Shown: positions 39,079-53,442 of the stretch, in pieces | Layout of the letters: every line of letters begins with the position of its first letter | Position numbering within the stretch: position 1 is the stretch's first letter | Source of the DNA: Eledone cirrhosa | Taxonomy: Eukaryota | DNA: 64,000 nt | Assembly: GCA_964016885.1 (NCBI GenBank) | Contig: OZ024740.1 | Location: 411,866,001 to 411,930,000, forward strand | Direction: 5' to 3' | The notes under the pieces: model-generated | What the model saw: the letters and a program-made list of their open reading frames with translations, nothing else | The model's database searches: none | What the model was told of the DNA's origin: nothing | Position numbers and translations under genes: made by a program

Positions 39079-41590
39079 TTGCTGATTTCTTCCTTTAACA
39101 TATTCAGTATGCTTGCAAAGAAACTAGTCTCATGAAATATTTTCATTTCCTTAAACTATTAGGGTTTGTGCTATACACATGCACCTAACTTTAATGGAGA
39201 TATAATCAGATATATGTTAATGCAATGATGCTATCTAAATATACATACAATAAGAAATAAAACGAAATGTTAATTTTGTGTATCATGTTACCGGTGTAAC
39301 ACAAACTTCAGTTATGAACCAATGGTCTAATATGTAACTCATGATATTTTCGTTACCAATTTTGATGTCTATAAAATTAATATTTCAACACCTTCGTCTG
39401 TAGAAATAAATGTTGTGTTTAAAAATACCTATAATCTTCGCTAGATTAATTTCCTTTCGTGAGGCATAAATCACTAACTGCAGCTTGGTGAATATATACG
39501 TTTCCTTGTAAAATAGGTAATTGAATATGCATGGTTTCAAACATCTAACTACAGGAGATAAGAGTGTTCTGAAGATGACTGTGATATGATAGAAAAGCTA
39601 CATACTCTAATACACATTACATATATTCATTCAATTTGATTATGTTTTTGAGTGTTGACTAGAATCTGATATGAAAAAAAAACAACATGATATTTTCTAT
39701 TATACTGCAGTACCTAAACATTAAATTCAATATTAAAAAATGGGGTCTTTTGTTTCTGAACATTTCAGAACGAGATCCGGCGGCTATTTGCGTCGTCCAA
39801 ATATGAATTTTGCAGTTAGAAATGTCCCGAATACTTTTCGAAAATAAAATTATATATTAATCCATGTGTGGGTAAAATCAATACAGATTTCGTCATGTAT
39901 TATATATTACCACGCCACGTTATACATTTTCCGATCGTTCATCAAAAGAAATGCAGGTGGCAGGAACAATCTAACTCTCCAAACTTCCATAACCATAATC
40001 AATCTACACAGGTCGATTATGAAATCATAGATTCAGCTTTAGGATCATGATCGCAGAGAGTTTATCTCAAAATTGCTAAATCTAGTTTGATCTTAATTCA
40101 GCTTTAGATGAGTGTACCGTTGATGGATTCCAAGTCCTTTAAAATCCACCCTGTTCCTTCATTTATCAATGATGTCCTCAAAATAATCTTGGGGAACACT
40201 GTGTTAGACCTCCCAGTTGCTACTGTGGAAGGAAATTTTATCATCCATGTTGATGATCCCACAATATTAGGTAACAACTACGTAGATATCTAATTAACAC
40301 AACACTATGTCCCATTCGAAGTATATATTAGCAAATTACATGGAGAAAAGATTAAATCAACTAGCACCTGGTTTGTAATACTAATTCCGAGCGAGTTCGA
40401 TCAATACAAATAATTTGTCGCAGCATTCAGGAACGCAGGCCTAACTAAAGGTAAGATAGTCTTGTTAAATGTAACAGCTTAGCATTGTCTCTTATTCACA
40501 TCTCACGCTATAAAAGTTTGTAGACCTCTCTAGGCAAAAAATTCGCATCTTCGGAACACTCAAAAGTATTGGTTTGAATGTTTTATCATTTATCCCTGCA
40601 TCTATCCTTTTATCATCTCCGTTCCTACTTCTTTACTGTTTGATGCCTCATTTCCTTTGAAGATCTCTCGCTGAAAAGATGATATTTGCTGATGTTATTT
40701 CGTTATCTGTTGTATATAGACAGTACTTTTTGTGGTGTAATTGCGCTATTGCCTTAACCACCATTTCCTGAACACTGAGGCGTATGCATAAATACGTTGA
40801 AACGTTTCTTCGACCGATATAAACGTCCGCTGTCACTTGTATCATATCCGCCGTTGAATCACCACCAGTTTAAGATTTCCGCATTTTATATCTGATGACT
40901 GAACGTATTCAGATGTTCGAGATTCTGTTATTTATTAGTTAGGTTGGCACCTGTTCAACATATGCCCAGTGGTAACCAACACAATTAAGTGAAATAGCAG
41001 TGTTGGCATTAATTACCTATCACATCTGTTCCCTTCGAAGATCTGCAATGAATAGGACCACGCTATTTATTCCTTGAATTTAGTAGTGCTTTCCTAAATA
41101 ATTATCAATCTATAAGAAAACCCATTCTTTTAATGGAAATCTTTGATGCATTAATGATTCTAAATACAGATTTAAACGATACTTAGACACTTATATTTAT
41201 TTCTAAAAACATGGATTTTATAGAGCCAAGGAAAGCAGATTCTAAGGAAATCAATATAATCATTACAGTTAATAGCATGGTAAAATAGATAAATATAATC
41301 CATTACGCAACGATAATTCTGATATGAGAACATAAAGAATATAATGTAAACAGAAACAGGCGTGGCAAAGAATAAATAATAAATGAATAAAGGTAAATGA
41401 AATTAGTCCGTATTAAATCTATTATCAGCAAGATGTTGGAACATTTATGTATTCTCACATCCACGGTAAACCTGTATAGATGTTTAATTTTTGAGGAAAA
41501 GAGAATTAGTGTAAAACATATAATAAAACATTATTATAAGTGCATTAGATAAACATGAAGAAACAATCTAGTGCAGAAACACACATACAA

Positions 41591-41664
<74 letters not shown>

Positions 41665-41692
41665 CACACACACACACACACGCACGCACACG

Positions 41693-41729
<37 letters not shown>

Positions 41730-41744
41730 CGTTGTATAAAAGTT

Positions 41745-42219
41745 GAACCAAATAAGTTGATTTATGTGTGAGGTGGAGCCGAAGTTTCGAATTTGAACGA
41801 AATCGGTTGAAAAATGTGGGAGCTAGAGCTGAAAAGGTGGTATTATCAAATATTTAAGCGGCTGCCACGCCGTTACTGAACAACAAATGCAAAATATACA
41901 GCCATTACAGGATGTGCAATGATAAATTCTATTTTGCTTTAAAATTTGAACGAAAAACGGTGGCAAAATGTGGGAGCTAGGGCCCAAAATCTTATTTTTC
42001 GACACCTAAAAAAAGGTGACTCTCCCCTATCGATTTTCATCTGCAGAATGAGACTGGAATAAAAAAAAAAACGATACGTTGATATATAGAAAACACTTCC
42101 CGGTGACAAATCTATGAGTCTGTAAAGTTTCATAAAAATCGGTCGTAAGATGTAAGCCCCTATAGGTAATACACAAACACACAGACAGACACACATACTT
42201 AATTTTATATATATACAGA
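41745..42219 (-). mobile_element. Non-autonomous Helitron-like element, longer copy
   Basis: Shares its 5' 160 bp with 37300-37458; internal duplicate AATTTGAACGAAA.CGGT..AAAATGTGGGAGCTAG at 41791 and 41943; left boundary uncertain. Confidence 0.55.
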
Positions 42220-43992
42220 TGACCATTTCAATGACCAGGTGTATTATGAATCCGGTGACAAGATTCGTGTGATGGTCACATATTGGCGATTTACTGATTA
42301 ACGTCGCTTAACTGTCTTTTATCCAATGAGGTCAGATACGTGCTACCATATAAATGGTTCTTATCCCATACACAGATCAATGTTGTCAAGAATATCATTA
42401 TCTTTTTCGTCAATTTCATCGAATGTGCGCAACGTATAATTGTGTCATATTTGTGCTAACCCTTTGTAGATCTATATTTACGTTTCAGTTCCTTTTAACG
42501 TTTGCATATACCCATGCGTTTCTATTTTTTTAAACAAAATCTTTTCCTTCATTTCTACAACGACACCAAGCAAACCCTCTCGCAATCTTTAAATGTATAT
42601 ATAAAACAAAATATCATGGAATTCGGACAATTCTAAAATAGACAATTTGTTTAAAGCACCTGTATCAAAGAGTTATGGTGTTTTTCACATATAGACACTT
42701 CACTTAATAACGAACCGCAAACTATTTTAAAAAATGTTAAATCCGCTATCAGATACTCAAATACTATGTAATGAGATTTAACAGCATTTTCGCGGTAATT
42801 GAAAGTTAATTATATAGACAAAATGACGAGGCAAAATGTTCTTCTAATGCACTTTATATATAATATCGTCTTTTATTTAATGTATCATGGATTACATAAG
42901 ACATTGTAACGGAGTTTTCGTTTACTTTCTGTGTATATTGTCAATTACGATGTTATTTAACGTATCATATCTACATGCATATATACTTGCGCATAATATC
43001 AATATGCACACTACACATGCTAGCAGAAAATCACCCGAAGGGTGGTTTTTCTGCTAGTATGATATAATCAGGTTTGACTCCTCTGAAAATATATCTAGAA
43101 TGACGACGATTACATATGAAAGCTTTTAAACGTCTGCGAAGAACCAGATGTAGTGCTACCTTTGGACAGAGTATAATGGTTACAATTTGTTTAACCAGTA
43201 TTTTGTAATAACAGAATCTAATCCATCTCATGTCACTGAGACCTGGGCAATGGTATATTTCTATATAATATTAACCTCACTAACCGACGCTGTTGCTATA
43301 TGTATATGAAATGAACAATATTGTAATATCTTTTAGCAAAATTAAAACACAAAATAATATTCTGTTTGTTAATAATTTCCATGTTGCCGGAGATTTATTT
43401 TGCTTAAAATGGTGCTTTAGGAAATATATATATATATATAATATTTTATAGGAATTAACTAATATTTGATTGTTTAATAACTATATATTTGTATATCTGA
43501 GCAATTATCGCATTTATATCATTCTAATCAATTAATCCAAATATTCCTTTTAGACATAAAACGATTTTGTAGATAGATAATTCCTAGAAATATGTCTTCA
43601 GGTTTATTTATTTCAATTTCCATTGTTATGTATGTTGACACAATAATGCTTTGTTTATCATGTGGCGACACTTGTTTGATTCAATAATATCGTGGAATAA
43701 TTTTCCTCGTGTATACTATTTTACCGTTTTTATACCTTTCTATCAGATGTTTGAGACAGAATTAAAACTTCGATACATATGCAATGGCAATGCTGATTGA
43801 TAAAATTAGTTCAAATGTTTAATAGCGAGTTCAATGTCGTTTAACATTGGTATTGTTTAAACGCATATAACAACGTCAAGCCAGCGCCCCCTTGAATCTT
43901 GATGGAAATACGGCATAATTATTGAGTAATCCTAAGGCAACATCCGTCACCCCTCTCTCTCTTTCTCCCTCTCTCTCCTTCTTTGTCCCTCT

Positions 43993-44064
<72 letters not shown>

Positions 44065-45189
44065 GCGTATATCAGATTGGAGGCGGTAAAAACCAGTTAG
44101 ACTATTACTCACCAGAGTACTAGATACCTGGGATAGTAGAGTGTGTAATACGACAACTAAGCTACGACTGTTTCAGTCAGTTGCTATAAAATAACTTAGA
44201 GAAATAATTGCGGTCATTTACTGTGCTTGGATTTACTTTCTCTGCGATTAGTGAGTTCGAAGATTCGAGCTTCACAAATAACGTTTGTTTATATTTCCAA
44301 AGCCAAAGACTGTTGGATTTAAAACTCCTTAATTTAAAATGTGAATACCGTCAAGTATCACTTAGCTCAATGGCTAGAGCACAAATCTGGTATCAATGAG
44401 ATACGGAGTTCAATATTTCGTAGCAGCCATGGTAAAGAGTCTCTAAGGGTCTATACTGAATAATAACATAAATTAAATTAATAGCATAAACGATTATATT
44501 GCTAAAAGATGGGAACTCAGAATATTGCTACAAGCAATGATTCACGCTTCAACTGGATACGTGTGTCTGTTCCTAAGAATATTTAACATCTTCCTCCTTT
44601 TGTCTGTTACTGCTTAAGACATACCCCATTTAAAATAACATATTGCGTAGACTTTTTTCATCTAAATAATGATCTTAATAAATGAACACGGTTCTGAAAG
44701 AAACCTGCGAAAGTCATTAAAACTGGCATACCAACACATATACATATACTTACACAGACACATACACACAGAGAATAGATAAAGAAAAACAAACGCACCA
44801 CAAAGGCGTAACGTACAGGGCCAAATATTAATATTATAAATAATATATGAACACTGCTGCTTGCAACCTAATGTTTCAAATCCTTCCCTATCATAGGTCT
44901 TACAGACCCTAACTATGTTAAGCTGCTTAACTTTCAGTCAATAACATAACGTCAGCCATCTTAATACTTTCCTGAACGATAGGCAACACTAACATTGATT
45001 CCATTTCTATGACCTATGGTAGAGTAGGTTTTGATAGCAAGCAACTGTGTTCCATTTTTACTGAACTCTATTTACATGTATAACGTTCCATTAACAAACT
45101 CACATACACAAACCTATATAGATAATATGCATACACACACAGACATACACATACACACACACACACATACAAATAAATAAAATAAATAA

Positions 45190-45281
<92 letters not shown>

Positions 45282-45324
45282 AATAAATAAATATACACGG
45301 GTGTGTATGATTGTGTATAGAAGA

Positions 45325-45685
45325 TTATATTAATAAAAGGAATTCCAACTTTGTCTGATTTACTCGTTTTATTTACAATCCTTTAAAACGTATAATGGTA
45401 TTAGAATGAAATAGAATGGTAGAATATTAATTGTTAAGTGTTAATTGAACAAGTACTTTCATGGTTTCGCAATCTTCAGGTTCATATTCTGTGGTGACAG
45501 TCAAGTTTGCAATGTTTTACTGTCACCACATAATATGAACCGGAAGATTGCGAAAGCATGAACGTACTTGTTCAATTACACTTAACAATTAATATTCTAC
45601 CATACTATTTCATTCTAATACCATTATACATTTTAAAGAATTGTAAATAAAACGAGTAAATCAGACAAAGTTGGAATTCCTTTTA

Positions 45686-45694
<9 letters not shown>
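45325..45694. repeat. Fold-back element: ~175-bp inverted arms, each with a hammerhead motif
   Basis: 45325-45501 is the reverse complement of 45519-45694; hammerhead at 45446-45484 (-) and a mutated mirror copy at 45536-45574 (+). Confidence 0.88.
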
Positions 45695-45725
<31 letters not shown>

Positions 45726-47236
45726 AAAAACTAATAAAAAAAAGTTTGAAAAGTGCACCTGGTATATATAAAATAATTTTTATAACATGTTCAAGAATTG
45801 ACGTTAAAAATTGATGTTAGCACAGCTTTCTCCGATTTAGATTAGGTAAAATTGTTTTTTCGCTTAACGCAAAAACAATTTAACCTAATAACAAATGGTT
45901 TAGCGGTCGCCTGATTAGATAGGAATGTCTGTGATAGGTTTGCAATTGTGCTTTCTTTGTGTGCCTAAATGTGTGAGTGTGTGTGTATGTATATATGTGT
46001 ATGTATTACACGTGAACCAGTACACACGTACTTCAATAAATCATACAAGATCTCATACAGAACTACTTGTAGGACGTTTGTGAAAGATGCGCCATATTAT
46101 CTAACACATTTCTATGAATTTCGACAAATTTCTAGTTGATTTTTGTATTTCTAAGATTGTCAGGACAGAATTCAATCAATACTTCCCATCATCATTCTAA
46201 AAGCAATTTAAAAGAATAATTCTATAATTAAGAAATGAGATGTAAGTTAGGAAAATATATTTTGAAATTGCAGTGGTGCTATATGAATTAGATTTTCATT
46301 TGAAACAACAGAAATTTAATCCCAATAATAGTATTCAAACATTGCAACCTGAATAATTTTAAATAGTATTTTTAAGGAGAAGAAACGTTGGTTGTAAGGA
46401 AGTGTAACTAAATATAAAATTCGTGATGTGGTGAATAATATTACGAGGAGGAAAACACAAAAGAAAACCAAAAACAATTATAATTCTCATTTAGAAGACG
46501 TAAAAAATACGACATCATCACTTAGTGAATATGAATGAGCTTTATATAATATAAATTAAAAGTTAAAAGAATGTTTTGTATAAAAGGAAAATAATTAAAT
46601 CTATAATACTAAAGCGACTGAAAGAAGGAACAAAACGTTACTGATGATAAGTGATATTATAATATTTATAACTGTCTGGAAGAAATCAAATAACTACAAA
46701 AAGTAAACGCTAGTAAATAAGTACTTTATATACAAATTTTATTAGAAGAAATCAATTGCAAATGAACTCCAATGGGTACATTTGTTCTTCATCTTTGGGA
46801 ATAATATCAGCATGATATATGTTTATATTATAGGGAATGTTAATTTGTCAATGTAAAATTATATGTTGCAAACGTTCACCAAAAATATATATATTGATGT
46901 GTTTGCAATGCGTATGGCTATATAACTATGCAACCTGTAAAGATGTTTAAAATTTTCACATGAAATACTTTCTTTCACGATGTCTTAAATATCATGAAAA
47001 TCATAACAAGTTAGTTCATCTTTCCTTGCTATATAAAGTAATTAGTTGTGCAGAATAGAGATTGTCTCTATTAACTCTATTAGACACATAACAGTAATTT
47101 TATATAGCAACTTGATATTTCAATTTAATTTCCTGATTTCGTGATAACGCTTGGGACTCTGAGTATAACTTGACTTTCGTAACCTTCAATCTACAGTATG
47201 CTGAATATCCTCCTCCTCCACCTCATCCTCCCCATT

Positions 47237-47271
<35 letters not shown>

Positions 47272-47322
47272 ACTCATCATCATAATCATCGTCATCATCA
47301 CCATCATCATCATGAACATCAT
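47237..47322. repeat. (CAT)n microsatellite
   Basis: Read directly; explains the His/Asp/Met-rich ORFs here. Confidence 0.9.
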
Positions 47323-47473
47323 CTTCCTCCTTTGATTCCTCCTCCACACCTTTCTTATTATTATTCTCATCCTCCAATTATATGTTGCAAACGTTCTTTT
47401 TTTTTGAGGACACACATTGTGTTTTTTTGAGGACACACATTATTTTTGAGGACATACATTGTGTATCCTCAAA

Positions 47474-47696
47474 AATAACTGTTTCTACTTTTGGCACAAG
47501 ACCAGCAATACACCAGTGTATTACTGGTACTTTATTTTATCGACCCCGTAAGTATGAAAGGCAAAGTTAACTTTGGTCTGAGTTAAAATCCCGCCAAGGT
47601 TAACTTTGCCTTTCATCCTTACGGGGTCGATAAAATAAAGTACCAGTAATACATTGGGTAATTGCTGGCCTTGTGCCAAAAGTAGAAACAATTATT
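47474..47696. mobile_element. Head-to-head pair of 5'-truncated SINEs
   Basis: 47474-47574 minus and 47577-47696 plus copies of the SINE 3' half. Confidence 0.88.
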
Positions 47697-48507
47697 CTCC
47701 TCCTCCTCCCATCACTCCTCATCATCATCATCATCAGCCCCTCATCCTCCCTCTCCTCCGCCTTCTTCTTTGTCCTATTTTCCTCAAAGAATTGGGACTG
47801 TCTGGTCAATAAAATAAATTATCATTATTAGTGCCAACACTTTACAATCTTGGATCATATCTTGCGGAGATGAACGTTATCACTCACGATTCGCCGTTCG
47901 ATAAGATACAGTACCCGTCATAGACTGGGATCACTTTGATCCACTATCCACTACTCACTCCTAGTCTCTAGGCTGATGCATAAATTAGAAACAATTATTT
48001 TTATAACCATTATATGTGTTTAAGAAAATTGCTACGCACTTTAAATCAATAATTACATTTAGCTTCATTTAAGGTAATTAGGGTAATTTTCCGTCATAAT
48101 TTCATTAATCCTGATCAAACATGTATTCGCACATTGTGTGTCCTCAAAAATTCAATTTCTATAGCGTTCCTAATTAAAGACAATATGATGAAATTCTTGT
48201 GAATTTTTGGATGAATAACAAATTTATACTAAAACTAATTCCATTTGCGATGTTCGCTTCTTTTTAAAGTGAGATTGGATGGAACGGTTTTGGCTGCTAT
48301 AACACTCCAATAATGTTACCAGTCAGAATAAGTAATAATATTATGCACCTTTTCCATATAAAAACAATAGGGGAAATGATTTTGTCAACCGATTTTAGCA
48401 GATATTTGATATTTAAAAATAAGCCATATAAATCGAAGAATCATCTTGTCTAATTCCAAATATTTTTTTACAGCAATAACACGAGGAACGTATTAGCTTA
48501 AAGCAAG

Positions 48508-48795
48508 AATTGTTTCTACTTTTGGCAGAAGGCCAGCAATTATCACAGTGCATTACTAATGTTTTATTTTATCGACCCCGAAAGGATGAAAGACAATGTT
48601 AAACTCGGCGGGATTTGAACTCAGACCGTATTGGGCTATAACTCTATACTACGGCCCTTTACGGTTAGAGTTAAAGGGCCGTAGCATAATGTTACAGCCC
48701 TTTACAGTCTGAGTTCAAATCCCGTCGATATTAAATTTACCTTTCATCCTGACAGGGTCAATAATATAAAGCAGCAGTAATGCACTGAGATAACT
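48508..48795. mobile_element. Second head-to-head SINE pair
   Basis: Minus copy 48508-48650 and plus copy 48685-48795 around the hairpin CTACGGCCCTTTA..TAAAGGGCCGTAG. Confidence 0.85.
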
Positions 48796-51700
48796 AAAGG
48801 TAAGTATAATGAAGAATAGTTGATTATCATTTCAGCGACTTCAGCAACCACGTAAAAGCATTCATGTTACTCCATAGTTATATGTTATAAATACTGTTCA
48901 TATATAAATTAGTTTCACTGTTATCTAATTAACACGGATAATCAGGTAGCTAAGAGTTCACTTACCTCCACAAAAATAATAGAATTTGATTTCAATTTCA
49001 AAATATATCGAAATTCACTCCAGTCATGCTTCAGACAAAAAATATTCGAATACGAAAATGACTAAAGGGTTTCTGTTTTAACATATTAAACAAAATGATC
49101 TTGTACAAAATTGAGGAGGTATGTAAATAGCCGTGAAACCTGTAACAAAAGTTAGTAACCGATTTTAACACATTCAATCTCAGAGAAATAACATGTAACT
49201 TTTATTTCTTAAAGAAGTTAAGTGATGATAACGTAAACTGGGCTGTCTTTTATGGGATAGTTAAAAAGGGTTTTCGGAAATGAATGCATTTAAAACCTTA
49301 ATTACAAGTAACTGTCTGCAAACAGTGTCAGTCCTTGAATATATTACACTATTTATGTTCCACATTCCGTGGATGAAACCCCCTCAATCATTACGAAGAA
49401 TAAAAAAGATATCGATAATTACGCGACTAATGTACATCATTCGAAATAATTCTGGACCACGAAATATATTTTATTTTCCAACTAAAATATTGAGCATTCG
49501 CTAATTCCGGTTTGTTTCTTTTGTCAACAATTAATCGTTAATACATATTTCAAATTTCTCACCTAACGTCTGACAAAAATGAAGAGAGAATGGCTATACA
49601 TGTCAAGTATTATAGTGTCATGTAAAACATTCTAGAGAACTGATTTACCGATATTTTATATTCAGAATTATTATTTTCTTTCTGTTGGTAAAGCCTTTAA
49701 GCGAAGGACAAACGGAGCACAGGAAATACATATTTCCATGTTATTGAAACATCTAAAGTAGCATGCATGATACAAAATCATTTTCAAGTGTCATTTGAAT
49801 TAGTGGTAAAGCATATATAACAATCCATACTATCTCTCTTATTTCTCACTTATAAAAGACGGTAAAAATATTCATATACAAATACGATGGGATATAATAA
49901 TATTGATATGACCATAACCAATACAGAAACCACTTCACGTTTACAATGTCTATGATATTTACTTGAAGTACTTCAATCACAAAACTGTTCATAAACACAA
50001 GGATACAGGTATGTATAGAAACCTGTGTATCTACATATCCAAGTATACACTCATATCCTACATTTGTGTATATCTCAGTGCTGTATGAATTTGTACATGA
50101 ATTCGTGATCGTAGTTCTGTATGTTTTTATATGTTTATATATGTGTCAGTGTATGCGTGGTTAATGTACACCTTATAAATTAAGGAAACTGAAATAAATC
50201 AACCCTCGGTTCTATTCAAGGGATAGGAAGAGGATATTGAAGTCAGAACACAGATTACAGTTCAGAAATACTGAATTGTCTCGTTTGACTCTTGACAATT
50301 TCAAAACTCCCCATTTATGGTAATGCATTTATTTATCGACTTGAAATATGGAAGGAACATTTGATTTCGGTGAGATTTGAAATCAGTGTACTGGAAGCTG
50401 TAATACATCCCGAGGCATTTATTCCAACGTTCTAAACTCTGGCAAATAAATTTAACGATAATATCGATAATACCAAAAAGTTAAATTTTAATATGTTGAA
50501 ATATCATTATCACATGACCATTTCGATAATCATTTTAGATTTTAATATTTTAATGATTTGCTTTTATTGGGTTTTAAAAGTTTTCTGTGCGCGTCAATCT
50601 AGGTATCAGCTAAAAATAAAATAAATGTATAGTGTTGATGTATTTTTAATTTCAATACTGCATGTTTTATATTTACATTATTCAAATTATGTGTGTTATA
50701 GTTGTATTATTTACACAACGCTTATAATATTTTAAAGATAGAATGTTTTCTGTTTCTTTCAATATGCTATTATAAATTATTAAAAACAATAAAAAGTGAA
50801 ATAATTTCAAATAACAATCTTACATTATTCATGAAAATGCAATTATTTTAACAGTACGAATATTAAATAGTCATTTCAATATTTAATTACGAAAGTTTGT
50901 TTATTTGAATATTGTTTTGTTTATTGATTCATTATAATAAGGTTTACAAGATTATGTTTGATGACCGTCGTAGTTGCTATTTAAGTGGGAACATTTTATT
51001 CCATTTAGATTAATATTATGAAGAGCGCATATCGAGCAGAGAGCATTTCAGTTCTAAATCTATTAGAAAACCTACATGGTATTCCTGACTCTGATAGTCA
51101 AATAAGTGATCGGAATAATTTGTAGAACATGCCATGGTGTGTTTGCCATAATTCACTTTAAACAAAGGCCATAGTCACCCGATTAATATATCAATATGAA
51201 ATATAATATATTCACGAGAAAGGATTACTTAGTATTAAAACACAATACTGATGTTTGTTAGTGTACAATACATGAAAAATAAAGACGGTAATACAGAATT
51301 TTGAAGATGTTACACAGTCATTACATAATAGGAAATTTATCCGAAAAAATAATATTCATACAGATACACTTGAAGGTGCATTTATTAAAACCTACACAGA
51401 TATAAAAAGAAGCAATATTTCTAGGAGCACATATTTAAATGATGAGAAACTCAGTTGCCCGCTAGAGAAACAACGTGCTAGTGAAATTACGGTACATTCC
51501 ATTGGTCCGTATATCCTTAACATGATTCTCAGGATTGTTCTGCGTGAAAGAACAGGCGACAATTCTGGTCGTTTTAATTAGTATCCATTCGACAAGCTTG
51601 CAAACAGCCATGTTTTGGATACCGTCGCCCGCTCTAGTAAAATGTTATTGCTTTCAGAGATATATCAGTATGTAGCGGTATTATACACGATTTCTTGTAA

Positions 51701-51952
51701 TAATGTGTGAAGGAAAGTTTTAAATATTATAGGATCTCTTTCTGTCTTTATATATATAGATATGAGTATGATGTTAAAGAGATCAGGGCCAGTTGATGTG
51801 AAGTAACTGTCGTAATGTGGCTATTACATACGAGCTTGATTTGATATATATATATAAATGAAGTAATTCCGTCAGAAAAGTCCAGGAAAAAAGAGTGCTC
51901 TATGTAGGTAACAGAGCTTAATAGTTATGTAATAAACAACATAAGGCAATTA

Positions 51953-52012
51953 TTCCATTTACCAGTGGTTTCTTAAAAGCAAAAGATTTTGCTTTCAATC
52001 CTCAGAATGAAA
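51953..52012 (-). ncRNA. Type I hammerhead ribozyme motif (mirror copy)
   Basis: Reverse complement of 52091-52150 with one stem II change. Confidence 0.78.
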
Positions 52013-52090
52013 AAATCGTGGTCTGTTTATTGAATTTGGATTAAAAAAAAAAATTTTTTTAATTCAAATTCAATAAACAGACCAGGATTT

Positions 52091-52150
52091 TTTCATTCTG
52101 AGGATTGAGAGCAAAATCTTTTGCTTTTAAGAAACCACTGGTAAATGGAA
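52091..52150 (+). ncRNA. Type I hammerhead ribozyme motif
   Basis: TTTCATT-CTGAGGA-TTGAGAGCAAAA TC TTTTGCTTTTAA-GAAA-CCACTGG-TA-AATGGAA; all three stems pair; GUA triplet. Confidence 0.8.
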
Positions 52151-52197
52151 TAATTGCCTTATGTTGTTTATTACATAACTATATATATATATATATG

Positions 52198-52292
<95 letters not shown>

Positions 52293-53130
52293 TTTCTGTA
52301 TTTGTTTCGCAAGGTTTCTTATCTGAAAAATGTTTCTTGAAAAATATATTGTTATATTTTGTGAGGGTCATGCAGCCAATAAAAACACACGGACCTGTTG
52401 GTTTTCTCTTATATTTATTATAAGTTTCCAGTTGTGTTGTTTAATAACCAGATGGTTGTTTATTTATTTAATGTCAAAGCTCTTGCGCAAAACATTCTGT
52501 GACCTCCACAGTGAATATTTTTTTTTATTTTGTGTCGCTTCTTTCTTTTGTCCTACACCATCTTCCTGTCATGGTTTCTCTTACGTGTCCGCAGATGAAA
52601 TGCATTTCGTGAATGTGCGTTAATTGTTTCTCTGTGCGTGTGGTTTGTTTATGCCTGAGTGCACGATTGAATGCGTAAGTGCACAATTCTTTGTGGATCT
52701 ATACACGGGTGTGCCTGTAATCCGTTCAGGGATATTTCTATGTGTTCATGTGTGGGCCAGTTTGTGTTTGGGCGAGATTTATGCGGTTAATGATCTGTAT
52801 CATTTTTGTTCATTATTTCTGCATTGCGTCTCTATGAACATGTGTGAGGTTTGTGTATCATTGATGTCAGTGTGTGTGTATATCTATCTGCGTGTGTCTG
52901 AATTTCGTATTCAGATTTTGTTTTTTCCAAACAAAATTCATGATTAAGAGTTTACACAACGAAATATGTCTTTGTGCCACTAACACAGACACATAAATAT
53001 CACGGACATGTCTGTTCATATTTACTCGGCACTAAACAATGATTATATTTGTGAATATCTTCTGCCTATTTCTTCTTTAAAACGGAGATTTTCCGCTTGT
53101 TAACTTGGTGTTTTTTAATCATTTCGATAT

Positions 53131-53442
53131 ATAATTGTTTTTACTTTTCGCACAAGGCCAGCGATTACCCCAGTGTGTTACTGGTACTTTATGTTATCGA
53201 CCGCGTAAGGATGAAAGGCAAAGTTAACCTCGGCGGGATTTGAACTCAGATCATACAGGGCCGTAACACTTTACTGCAAAGCATGGCGTCCGACCCTCTA
53301 CCAATGCTGCTAAACCAGCGATATATAATTAGTTCTACTTTTGGCACAAGACCAGCAATTATCTCAGTGCATTACTGGAATTTTATTTTATCGACCCCGT
53401 AAGGATGAAAGGCAAAGTTAACCTCAGCGGGATTTGAACTCA
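53131..53442 (-). mobile_element. Two tandem SINEs (one near full-length, one 5'-truncated)
   Basis: 53131-53318 and 53326-53442; CGATATATAAT at 53125, 53319 and 53444. Confidence 0.88.

Larger units (their letters stand above)
51921..52182. repeat. Near-perfect 262-bp palindrome carrying two divergent hammerhead motifs
   Basis: Arms are reverse-complementary with about 3 mismatches, centred on an A-run/T-run. Confidence 0.92.

Noticed and set aside
40108-40400. GNFIIHVDDP, resembling the GDFNIHVD motif of L2/CR1 endonucleases
   Set aside because: A single degenerate motif; not enough to call an element.
39560-40920. CTGAAGA (39569) and CTGATGA (40892) hammerhead-like cores
   Set aside because: Stem II or III, or the GAAA, is missing or does not pair.
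44355-44430. tRNA-like segment (TAGCTCAATGGCTAGAGC..GGAGTTCAATA)
   Set aside because: Acceptor and T stems do not pair properly; at best a decayed SINE head or tRNA pseudogene.
47401-48150. Inverted 21-mers TTTTTGAGGACACACATTGTG / CACATTGTGTGTCCTCAAAAA as MITE termini
   Set aside because: The left copy is part of a local tandem repeat, the interior is SINE and unique sequence, and no target duplication is visible.
51276-51581. 101-codon stop-free frame with a possible acceptor (TACAG at 51292-51296), candidate host exon
   Set aside because: No recognisable domain and no clear donor; a few frames this long are expected by chance in this much sequence. RNA-seq would decide.
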